From assembly GCA_039714075.1 (NCBI GenBank), contig JBDLKA010000048.1, positions 1 to 25,289 of the forward strand: a DNA stretch of 25,289 nucleotides, written 5' to 3'. Below the pieces are notes generated by a model, which worked only from the letters and a program-made list of their open reading frames with translations, made no database searches and had not been told where the DNA came from. Source of the DNA: Candidatus Krumholzibacteriota bacterium (GTDB lineage Bacteria; Krumholzibacteriota; Krumholzibacteriia; LZORAL124-64-63). Numbering within the stretch: the first letter of the stretch is position 1; every line of letters begins with the position of its first letter. The position numbers and the translations under genes are program-made. Below are positions 1-7,232 of the stretch, piece after piece.

Positions 1-30
1 TCGACATTCCCTCGCCGGGCTCTCCGTCAT
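1..30 (-). CDS. Possible 5' end of a gene running off the window (MTESPARECR...)
   Basis: ATG at 30 on the minus strand with GGGGA upstream, same strand as the preceding operon. Only 10 codons are visible. Confidence 0.25.
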   Translation of the reverse strand, partial: MTESPARECR

Positions 31-166
31 GTGTCGGTGTCCCCGTCCGGTCGGTTCGCTACCTTTCCCGTATGGCTGCCAACCTCTTCGAGAATCCGGC
101 TTCTCACCGGCCGACGGGTGATGGGGGGAAACCACCAACACAACACTGAATTTTCAAGGCGGGATC

Positions 167-2116
167 CTACCTCCTGTGGGAGGTGCCGCCGCCGCGGCTG
201 CCGCCCTTGCTGGATCCGCCGCCGCTGCTGCGGCTACCGCCACTGCGGCCGCCCGAACTGCGACTGCCGCCACTGCTGCTGCCGGAACTGCGGCTGCCAC
301 CGGAGTTCGAATTCGACTTGTTACCCACCGAGCCGGAGCTGCGAGTGGTGTTCCCCTTGCTTCGGGAAGATCCCGACTTGGGCTTCACCTTGCTGCCCCG
401 CTCCTTGGTGCCACTGGATTTCTTGCTGCGGGAATCGGGTTTCACTCTGCTTGACGACCCCGAACGAGTTCCCTGGGTCGAACGGCTGGGGCGATTGCTG
501 CCCGGCCGTACCTGGCGCGTGCGGTCGTTACGGTCACTGGACTGGCCGCTGCGGCCGGAATTCCAGACCCGGGTGCCCCTTTTCCGCGGTTCGACCGGTT
601 TGATGGTCCTCTGCGTCGACCTTTGGCCGGTTTGGTTCCCGGCCTTGCGGTCCTGGACCGACCCGCCGGTGCGGCTCGTCCCGGAACCGCGCACGGTGGT
701 GGAGCTCCCGGAGCCCCGGCTCACCGGAACCAGGCCCGACCGGATGCCGCCCCCGCCGGCCCGGTGCCGGAAATCGGGTTCGGTCTGCCGGCCACCAGTG
801 CGACCATTGACACCACTGTTGGTACGTGAGCGGGAGGTGGTGCTGCCGCCATCCCTGATGCGCAGGCCCGCATTGCCCCGGGTCCGTACGCCTTCATCAA
901 ATCGGGGCCGTCCGCGGGGAGAGACCTTGGTATCCGCACCGCCACTGCGCCGGGCGCCGGTGGCGGCCAGGTTTCCGGAGCGGCCCCTGAGACCGTCGAG
1001 ATCCGACATTCTGGTTCGATTGCTCATGGCATCCCGCTGGCGGGAGTCGGGTGTATCGGAGTTGACCATCCGGCTGACCGATGCATATTCCCTGGTCTTG
1101 GTCACCGCGCCGCCCCGGCCACCCTGGGTAAGGGGCTTGTAGCGGCGATTCCCGTGGCTGCCATTGTCGTAATAGGTGTAGCAGTTGCCGGCGTAATAGG
1201 GTGAATAGCCCCAGGAATAGCAGGTCCGTCCGTACCAGCCGTAACCGTAATAGGGAGCGCAGGTATAGGAAGGCCAGTACCAGAAGTTGATCCAGGGCCT
1301 CCAGGTCCACGGATCCACGTAGACGTAGACCGGATTGGCGTAGACGGGGTAGTAACCGTAATCGGTATACCAGGAGTTGACCCAGCCGTAATCGTATTTG
1401 ATTTCGAGGGTGCACGTATCCCGGTAGGGCTGGTAGGCCACCTCATCCTCGAAGTGGCACTGGTTGCACAGATAACGAGGATGCTCGACCTGGCGGTGCA
1501 CGTAATAGCTGGTGTAGTTGGTCACCACGTATTCTTCCGAGTTTTCCAGACCCGTAACCGCGAAGTTCACCTCGTTCATGGCCAGGAAGGGATCCCCGGC
1601 AACCTGGAAATGGAATTTGTCCACATTCTGTTCGTGGTGGAAATCGATTTCCAGATCCCTCAGGTCGAAGGGATATTTCGAGACGACCGCCTCGACGAAC
1701 CCCTCCCCTTCGTTGTTCGAGGTGCGCAGCTGGCGGGCTCCCGCCACCGGCAACAGGTATTCGTGGCCGCCGAAGACAAAGCCGTCATCCAGCCGGCTGC
1801 GGGGCCAAAGCACCGTGACCAGCCCATCGGCGTCGATGCGGTAGACCACGGCGTAGGCATCCTCGTTGGTCTGGAAACCGGCGCCCATTTCCTCGCCGCG
1901 CTGATAGATCTCGTCTTCCGCGCGATCCAGCCAGACGCCGACCCGCAGGTCCACCTTGCCGTAGTCGAAATCGCCGCTTTCGTTGTTCTGGGCCAGGACC
2001 GCGGTGTTCAGGCCGAAAACCAGGGCCAAGCCGAACAGGACGGCCGCCGAAAGGATATTCCACCTCGAGGGAAACCCTCGCAGTTCGTCCTTGGTATGGT
2101 TGTTTATCGCTTTCAT
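167..2116 (-). CDS. Exported DUF4384-like domain protein with CxxCH motif, Tyr/Trp-rich segment and long Arg/Ser/Gly disordered tail
   Basis: ORF 167..2155; ATG at 2116 has AGGAG at 2130-2126. Signal-peptide-like N-terminus ending AVLA-Q. The segment VWLDR..YQRGE...FQTNEDAYAVVYRIDADGLVTVLWP resembles DUF4384. CNQCH lies at 1468-1454. GGSRSSG-type repeats at the C-terminus. Confidence 0.8.
   Translation of the reverse strand: MKAINNHTKDELRGFPSRWNILSAAVLFGLALVFGLNTAVLAQNNESGDFDYGKVDLRVGVWLDRAEDEIYQRGEEMGAGFQTNEDAYAVVYRIDADGLVTVLWPRSRLDDGFVFGGHEYLLPVAGARQLRTSNNEGEGFVEAVVSKYPFDLRDLEIDFHHEQNVDKFHFQVAGDPFLAMNEVNFAVTGLENSEEYVVTNYTSYYVHRQVEHPRYLCNQCHFEDEVAYQPYRDTCTLEIKYDYGWVNSWYTDYGYYPVYANPVYVYVDPWTWRPWINFWYWPSYTCAPYYGYGWYGRTCYSWGYSPYYAGNCYTYYDNGSHGNRRYKPLTQGGRGGAVTKTREYASVSRMVNSDTPDSRQRDAMSNRTRMSDLDGLRGRSGNLAATGARRSGGADTKVSPRGRPRFDEGVRTRGNAGLRIRDGGSTTSRSRTNSGVNGRTGGRQTEPDFRHRAGGGGIRSGLVPVSRGSGSSTTVRGSGTSRTGGSVQDRKAGNQTGQRSTQRTIKPVEPRKRGTRVWNSGRSGQSSDRNDRTRQVRPGSNRPSRSTQGTRSGSSSRVKPDSRSKKSSGTKERGSKVKPKSGSSRSKGNTTRSSGSVGNKSNSNSGGSRSSGSSSGGSRSSGGRSGGSRSSGGGSSKGGSRGGGTSHRR
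183..330 (-). repeat. Degenerate coding repeats (GGSRSSG/GGSS) at the C-terminus of the DUF4384-like protein
   Basis: Recurrent ctgcggctgccgcc / ccgccactgc units on the + strand translate as SGGSRSSGSSSGGSRSSGGRSGGSRSSGGG on the minus strand. Confidence 0.7.
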
Positions 2117-2151
2117 GGTTTCACGCTCCTTTTTTCCAGTCCGTCGGCCGA

Positions 2152-3168
2152 TCAAAAGCTGACGATCTGCGGCTTGGCCGGGCCTGTCTCCAGATCCTCG
2201 GGGGCCTTGAGTTCGGGCAACCCGGGAATGGTCTGGTACGCCCAGATGATGTCAACGGTATCCTGATAGGTGCCGGTGACCCCGAATTTCGCGTAATGCA
2301 GTGCCTGACCCCGGATTTCCACCACGTAGATATGCCCGGCGACCAGTTCGATTTTACCGGTCTGGGAATAGCCGTCGGCCGGCGCCCAGGAAACACCCTC
2401 GAAAATGAGGGACCCGCCGCTGGTGAACACGCCGAAATCCTGCAGGACGACTCGCGAGGGGTTGGCATCCACGTAGGGAACCCCGTTTTCAAAGTATATG
2501 ACAAAGTCGGCAGGATCGACCGTCGGGTCGACCCGACCGGCATTGATATTACCCTGGTTGGCGGCCGCCTTCGCGAAATCGAAACCGGACTTGTTGGCCT
2601 GGGCGCCATTACCGTCAAAGAGTTCCACCGCGATATAGTTTCCGTTCACATAGGGACTCATCGGCAGCGGGGCGTCGAGAACGAGCTCGAAGCTGAGGGC
2701 GCTCTCTTTGCCCGCCGCGTTGACGGCCGCGACCGCGTATTCATACCGGAAGCCGTTTTCCACTTCGATGTCGTCGAACCAGTGCAGCCCGGTGTAGTCG
2801 TCATAGTTCTCGTCCCAGGCCACTTCACCGATATAGTAGAACTCGCGGTTGGGATCATTCTGATCCCCCTCTTCGAAGAAACGGCTGTAGATCACGTATT
2901 TTTCCACGTTGGGACTGTAGGTGCCGTCGTAGGGGGCATAGGAGATGTCGTACCACTGGACAATGACGAGATTGTCACCGCTGATGGTGTGGACACCCGT
3001 GGGAACGACCGGAGGCGGCAGTTCGCCAATGGGGGGTTCCACGCAGTTGAGGCAATCCTCATCCGACTCGCAACCGGCCAACAAGGCAACCAGGGCAATC
3101 AAGACGGCCGCCATAACGGCTGACTTCAACCAGGTGCTTCCTGTGGTATTTTCCTTGGCCCGCTTCAT
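2152..3168 (-). CDS. Lipoprotein with FN3-like N-terminal domain and beta-rich C-terminal domain
   Basis: GGAGG SD at 3180-3176. Hydrophobic stretch with lipobox LAGC. FN3-like pattern P..PTGV....GDN.V.V.W ... YEYAVAAVN..G.ES.LS. Acidic composition. Confidence 0.8.
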   Translation of the reverse strand: MKRAKENTTGSTWLKSAVMAAVLIALVALLAGCESDEDCLNCVEPPIGELPPPVVPTGVHTISGDNLVIVQWYDISYAPYDGTYSPNVEKYVIYSRFFEEGDQNDPNREFYYIGEVAWDENYDDYTGLHWFDDIEVENGFRYEYAVAAVNAAGKESALSFELVLDAPLPMSPYVNGNYIAVELFDGNGAQANKSGFDFAKAAANQGNINAGRVDPTVDPADFVIYFENGVPYVDANPSRVVLQDFGVFTSGGSLIFEGVSWAPADGYSQTGKIELVAGHIYVVEIRGQALHYAKFGVTGTYQDTVDIIWAYQTIPGLPELKAPEDLETGPAKPQIVSF

Positions 3169-3214
3169 GTTACGACCTCCAGGTCATCGGTTCAGTATTC
3201 CTGCCCACACATAC

Positions 3215-3229
3215 GCACGGTCCGTGCCA
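3215..3229 (-). promoter_or_regulatory. Sigma-54 (-24/-12) promoter for the lipoprotein/DUF4384 operon
   Basis: Minus strand reads TGGCACGGACCGTGC: GG-N10-GC with the full TGGCACG -24 element. Predicted start near 3203, about 35 nt before the ATG at 3168. Confidence 0.75.
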
Positions 3230-3480
3230 CTTGGTTCGGACCCTGGCACGGGAAAATGCCGAAAGCGGAAATAAGGTATAATAGCCGGCCCGGAGGAGGC
3301 CATCAACTCGTTAAACTGTTATCCGGCAGGACAATAAAGCACCACCGGTTTGGCTGGTAAGGTGAAAGTATCCCCTGGCCTTACCCATCACCTTTTCCCG
3401 GTTATTGAATTCCGGTGTTCATGTTTGTGCGATTTGAAGGACAGATTACCCAAAAAGGGACGAGGAGGAAGGTGGCAGGC

Positions 3481-3553
3481 AAAAAAAAAGAGCCCCGCCT
3501 TGCGGCATCCCGATCTTGAATCTCGCCATTTCAAGATCAGGCGGGCTCTTTTT
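3481..3553 (-). terminator. Intrinsic terminator built as a three-way junction (3' end of the candidate ncRNA)
   Basis: Minus strand: AAAAAGAGCCC ... GGGCTC followed by T9, enclosing a CCTGATCTTGAA/TTCAAGATCGGG stem and a GCC-GCAA-GGC hairpin. T5 on the + side means it could be bidirectional. Confidence 0.75.
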
Positions 3554-3801
3554 CCGGGACCTGCCGGCCAGGTCCAGATTCTTTCAGTCATTCGTGTTTC
3601 GGGAGAAAAGGATTCCGGTTCTCTCTTGCCGACGAATTTGATTGATCAGACCCCACCTCGTCACAACCGATCCGCCGACCCTTCTTGTTGAGAACTCCTT
3701 TTTGCCGGTAAGCATTAAGGAAAGAACCTCAACTCTCCCGAAAACACGAATTTCAAACAACATTCAATCTCCGAAGAGGATCCCTGTAACTCACCCCTTC
3801 A
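3481..3801 (-). ncRNA. Candidate sigma-54-dependent structured non-coding RNA (~320 nt), family not recognised
   Basis: Bounded by a sigma-54 promoter (3827-3813) and a U9 terminator. Contains a cUUCGg hairpin (3778-3769), a 17-bp closing stem (3751-3734 with 3606-3590), nested inner stems, a 7-bp hairpin (3575-3557) and a GCAA tetraloop. Most non-Watson-Crick positions are G-U on the minus strand. Confidence 0.6.
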
Positions 3802-3812
3802 CCCCCTGTACA

Positions 3813-3827
3813 GCAGGACCCGTACCA
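3813..3827 (-). promoter_or_regulatory. Sigma-54 (-24/-12) promoter
   Basis: Minus strand reads (T)TGGTACGGGTCCTGC(T): GG-N10-GC. An AT-rich tract lies upstream (about 3830-3960), as is typical of bendable sigma-54 spacer regions. Confidence 0.65.
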
Positions 3828-3906
3828 ACTTCAAGATTGAGCAGGAAAAATTTAAGTCACTATGTTTATGGAGGTTACGGCATTCAAAAATTAGCCGCGA
3901 GGGCAC

Positions 3907-3922
3907 CAATCACAGCTGATTG
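3907..3922. promoter_or_regulatory. Candidate upstream activator sequence (palindrome CAATCA-N4-TGATTG)
   Basis: Perfect 6-bp inverted repeat about 110 bp upstream of the predicted sigma-54 start at ~3801, a usual enhancer distance. Confidence 0.35.
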
Positions 3923-3987
3923 TAAACAGTTTTTATAGCTTTCGGGCGCTGAAACATAAGTGGCCTGGTTGGAACAAGTTAAGATAT

Positions 3988-4014
3988 AAAAAAAAAGAAT
4001 GCCCAAACGGGCAC
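3988..4014 (-). terminator. Intrinsic terminator of the TPR sigma-54 activator gene
   Basis: Minus strand: GTGCCC-GTTT-GGGCAT then TCTTTTTTTTT, about 25 nt after the stop at 4040. Confidence 0.65.
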
Positions 4015-4039
4015 AAAGAGGACAAGTTAACAGGGAGGG

Positions 4040-7000
4040 CTACTCTTTCCCCAAACCGTAATGGCGGATCTTCTTGAGAAGGTTGGGATAGCTGATCTTG
4101 AGCGACCGCGAGGCCTGTGATTTGTTGCCCCCGGACAGTTTCAGGGCCCGGCGGATTTCCCGGCACTCGATTCCCGCCAGGGTATCCCGCAGGGGAATGA
4201 CTTCTTCCCCGGGAGCTTCATGGTCGACCCCGCCGGAAATTTCGGCAGGAAGATGCTCGGGTCGCAGGACCGAGTCGCCCTGGGCCAGCACGATGGCTCG
4301 GCGCAGGGCCTTTTCGAGTTCCCGCACGTTTCCGGGCCAGGAATGATTGATCAACATGTCGAGGAACACCCGGTCCAGGTCTGAAGGGGCAGCCTCCATC
4401 TCCTGGCTGAACCGGTCGACGAAGTGGTTGGTCAAAAGCTCGATGTCGTCAGCCCGCTCGCGCAAGGGAGGAATCACCAGGGGGAAATCGAGCAGCCGGT
4501 AGTAGAGATCCTCGAGGAAGCGGCCCTCCTGGGCCATCTGGTGCAGATCCGATTTCGAGGCGCAGACGATCCGGACATCCACCCGCAATTCCCGATTGGA
4601 CCCGACCGGGCGCACCACTTTGGTATCCAGGAAATGGAGCAGTTTGCCCTGCATGCTGAAGGGCATCTTGCCGATCTCGTCCAGGAAGACCGTTCCGCCT
4701 TCCGCTTCCACCAGCAGCCCCTGCTTGTCATTGTGGGCCCCGGTGAAACTGCCCCGCTTGTGGCCGAACAATTCACTTTCCAGCAACGATTCTGGAATGG
4801 CGGCACAATTGATGGTCAGGAAACGGCGATCGGCCCGTTTGCTCAGGGCATGGATGGAATAGGCAAGCAGTCCCTTGCCGGTCCCCGTCTCCCCGTTCAA
4901 CAGGACGGTCAAATCGCTGGGCGCCACCTTCCGGGCCAGCCCCAGCATCTCGAGCATCTTCACGTTCTGCGTGATGATGTTCTCGAAACTTTCGATCTTT
5001 TCGAAAACCCCGAGTTCTGCGGCCTGGGACCCGCCCCGCCCCTTCTCGTACAGGAACAGTGCCAGGAATCCCATGTAGGTGGCCAGAAAGTCCAGGGAAG
5101 CCCTGTCGAAACCGGGTGCGGCCTCACTCCGGGAGGATTTCCCCAGGAAAAGAAGACCGAACTGACGCCCGTGAAGGGCAATGGGCATGAACACGCAACT
5201 GGCAGCGACCGTGGCCAGGGCAGGCACCGCCTGGGTAAGCGGGTCCCCCTCATCCAGTTTGGAAAACAGCGAGGTACCCGACCGGTGACCTTCGGCCAAT
5301 TCCCGGTCGAACCAATGGGTCAACTGCTGGCCCAGGTTTTCGGTCAGGCCGTGGCGGGCCGTGATCCGCAATCCGTCCCCGGCACCGGTGTCGTCGACCA
5401 TGGCGATAAAACCGGAATCGGCCTGGACCCTTTCCATGCCCGCACCCAGGACCGAGCCCAGGTTGCGGGGCACCGAAGCGTCCCCCTTGGCGAACAGGCC
5501 GGGCAGGCAGGAGATGGCCTGCAGATGACTTTCTGTACTCTGGACACCGCCCAGCAGCCCTCCCTCGATCCGATCCCGCAACTCGACCACCATGGGAGCC
5601 AATTCGACGTCGTCGAAGCCGGCCGCGTGCCTTTCCAGTTCAAAAACGGTGAGCAGGGCATCATCGAACTGGCCCAGCCTGATCTGGACTTCGGCCAGGC
5701 GCTCCAGGATGTCGCACAACATCCGGTCGCTGACCGCGGAAGCCCCGTTTTCCTGGGCGTCCATCAGGAAGCGCCGCAGCAGAAGCAGTTCGGCCTCGCC
5801 GGCGGTATCAAGGCGATGGTCGGTGAAATCGAGGATCGTCCGGCACCAGTGGTGGGTCAGTTTCTGTTCACCGAAGGTGGCGATGGCCTGGCGGAAATGG
5901 TAGTCCGCCTGTTTCTGGTCCGCCTGGCCGGAATAGGCCTTGCCCATGGTGGCGTGACAGAAACCGATTTCGTAGTTTTCGCCGCAATTCTCACAAACGG
6001 CCAGGGCGGCCTGGCTGACGGCCACCGCTTTTTCCAGGCGGCCGGCCATCAAATGGGCTTCACCCATGCGCCGCTGCAACTCGCCTTCGAGATCGTTCCC
6101 CGCGGCGATGGTGCGTGATTTTTCCAGACCCAGCTGGTAGTTGAAGCGGGCCTTTTCGTGCTCGCCCCGGGCCAGCAGGATATCGCCCAGGTACTCGTCG
6201 GCAATGGTGGACTCACGCAGGAAACGGTTCTGATCGGCGAAGGCCTTGCCCTCGAGGATCAATTCCTCGGACCGGGCCAGGCGACCGGACAGGGTCTCGA
6301 GGCGCCCCATGGCCAGATAAAGACGGGTCTGCCGCATCCTGTCCCCGAGGCTGACGGACAACCGCAGACCTTTTTCCAGCAGGGACCGGGATTCACCCAG
6401 GCGGTCCATCTTCTGCAGGATGATGCCTTGATTGAGATAGAACCCGGGCAACAGATGGCTGGCGCCGATGTTGTGGGCCAGTTCGACCGCTTTTTCCATC
6501 AGGGATGTGGCGCGGTCCCAGCGGCAGCGGATCTTCTGCAGGACCGCCAGGTTGTTCAACAGGTTGGCCACACCCAGATCGTGTCCGATACGACGGAAGG
6601 TGGACAACCCGTCGTTGAAGAATTCCTCGGCTTTTTCCAGGCGCCCGAGCCTACTGTAACAGATCCCCATCCCCACCTGGAGAACGGCGACATCCGAATG
6701 TTCATCCGTCAGGGCCAGGACCGAAAAAGCGCGTTTCGCCAGATTCAGGGAGTCATGGAGCCGACCGCGCTCGCGCAGAGCGATGGCGCTACGTGCCTGG
6801 AAAATGGCCCGGTGGACGGCGATCTCGTCTGGGTCCGAAACGACCGAGGTCCGGGCGATGAGATCCTCCGCCCGGTCGAGAAGCAGATCAACCTGGTCGA
6901 AGTTGCCCAAAAGGATGTTGGAATCGACTGCCTTGCGCAGGACCCGCACGGCCTGGTCCCGGTCCATCCGGGAAAGAACACCTTCAGCGAAGAGTTGGCG

Positions 7001-7150
7001 GTAATAATCCAGGGCCGTGGAATAGGCGGAGGCATGATAGTGAAGGTCGCCGATTTCCTCCAAGCGGGCCCACTCCGTCCCCTGCCGGGAACGGGCGCTA
7101 TCCGGCTGGCCCGAATTGGACTGGCTTTGGTCTTTGAAATTATCTCTCAT
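4040..7150 (-). CDS. Sigma-54 enhancer-binding protein with long N-terminal TPR array, GAF-like domain, AAA+ domain and Fis-type HTH
   Basis: Walker A GETGTGKG, ESELFGH, GSFTGA, Walker [15 protein letters not shown] and HTH GNKSQASRSLKISYPNL. TPR-like helices such as LGRLEKAEEFFNDGL, ANLLNNLAVL and YLNQGII. GAF-like CVFMPIALHGRQFGLLFLG. No receiver domain. Start is ATG 7150 or TTG 7153, after GAGGGA. Confidence 0.92.
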   Translation of the reverse strand: MRDNFKDQSQSNSGQPDSARSRQGTEWARLEEIGDLHYHASAYSTALDYYRQLFAEGVLSRMDRDQAVRVLRKAVDSNILLGNFDQVDLLLDRAEDLIARTSVVSDPDEIAVHRAIFQARSAIALRERGRLHDSLNLAKRAFSVLALTDEHSDVAVLQVGMGICYSRLGRLEKAEEFFNDGLSTFRRIGHDLGVANLLNNLAVLQKIRCRWDRATSLMEKAVELAHNIGASHLLPGFYLNQGIILQKMDRLGESRSLLEKGLRLSVSLGDRMRQTRLYLAMGRLETLSGRLARSEELILEGKAFADQNRFLRESTIADEYLGDILLARGEHEKARFNYQLGLEKSRTIAAGNDLEGELQRRMGEAHLMAGRLEKAVAVSQAALAVCENCGENYEIGFCHATMGKAYSGQADQKQADYHFRQAIATFGEQKLTHHWCRTILDFTDHRLDTAGEAELLLLRRFLMDAQENGASAVSDRMLCDILERLAEVQIRLGQFDDALLTVFELERHAAGFDDVELAPMVVELRDRIEGGLLGGVQSTESHLQAISCLPGLFAKGDASVPRNLGSVLGAGMERVQADSGFIAMVDDTGAGDGLRITARHGLTENLGQQLTHWFDRELAEGHRSGTSLFSKLDEGDPLTQAVPALATVAASCVFMPIALHGRQFGLLFLGKSSRSEAAPGFDRASLDFLATYMGFLALFLYEKGRGGSQAAELGVFEKIESFENIITQNVKMLEMLGLARKVAPSDLTVLLNGETGTGKGLLAYSIHALSKRADRRFLTINCAAIPESLLESELFGHKRGSFTGAHNDKQGLLVEAEGGTVFLDEIGKMPFSMQGKLLHFLDTKVVRPVGSNRELRVDVRIVCASKSDLHQMAQEGRFLEDLYYRLLDFPLVIPPLRERADDIELLTNHFVDRFSQEMEAAPSDLDRVFLDMLINHSWPGNVRELEKALRRAIVLAQGDSVLRPEHLPAEISGGVDHEAPGEEVIPLRDTLAGIECREIRRALKLSGGNKSQASRSLKISYPNLLKKIRHYGLGKE

Positions 7151-7232
7151 CAACCGTATCCCTCGGCGAGGAAGTGGACCGGCGACAATTTATTTTTTGT
7201 CCCGGCTTCAGGACCGCCCCTCACGGGCAGTC

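Noticed and set aside
31..1142. Plus-strand ORFs rich in Cys/Arg, Ala or Pro/Leu (31..603, 176..454, 183..1142)
   Set aside because: They are antisense shadows of the Gly/Ser/Arg repeat tail of the minus-strand gene, with no independent start signals or domains.
3244..3259. Plus-strand sigma-54-like TGGCACGGGAAAATGC
   Set aside because: The GG-to-GC spacing is 11 nt rather than the required 10, and no credible plus-strand gene follows.
3481..3810. tmRNA, RNase P or tRNA identity for the structured region
   Set aside because: There is no T-arm/CCA tRNA-like 3' end, no GAGGAAAGUCC RNase P signature and no cloverleaf. A 6S-like identity is not excluded without a covariance search.
3350..3938. 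ORFs 3350..3691 (+), 3388..3591 (-) and 3642..3938 (+)
   Set aside because: They have atypical codon usage and no recognisable motifs, and they run through terminator or promoter elements.
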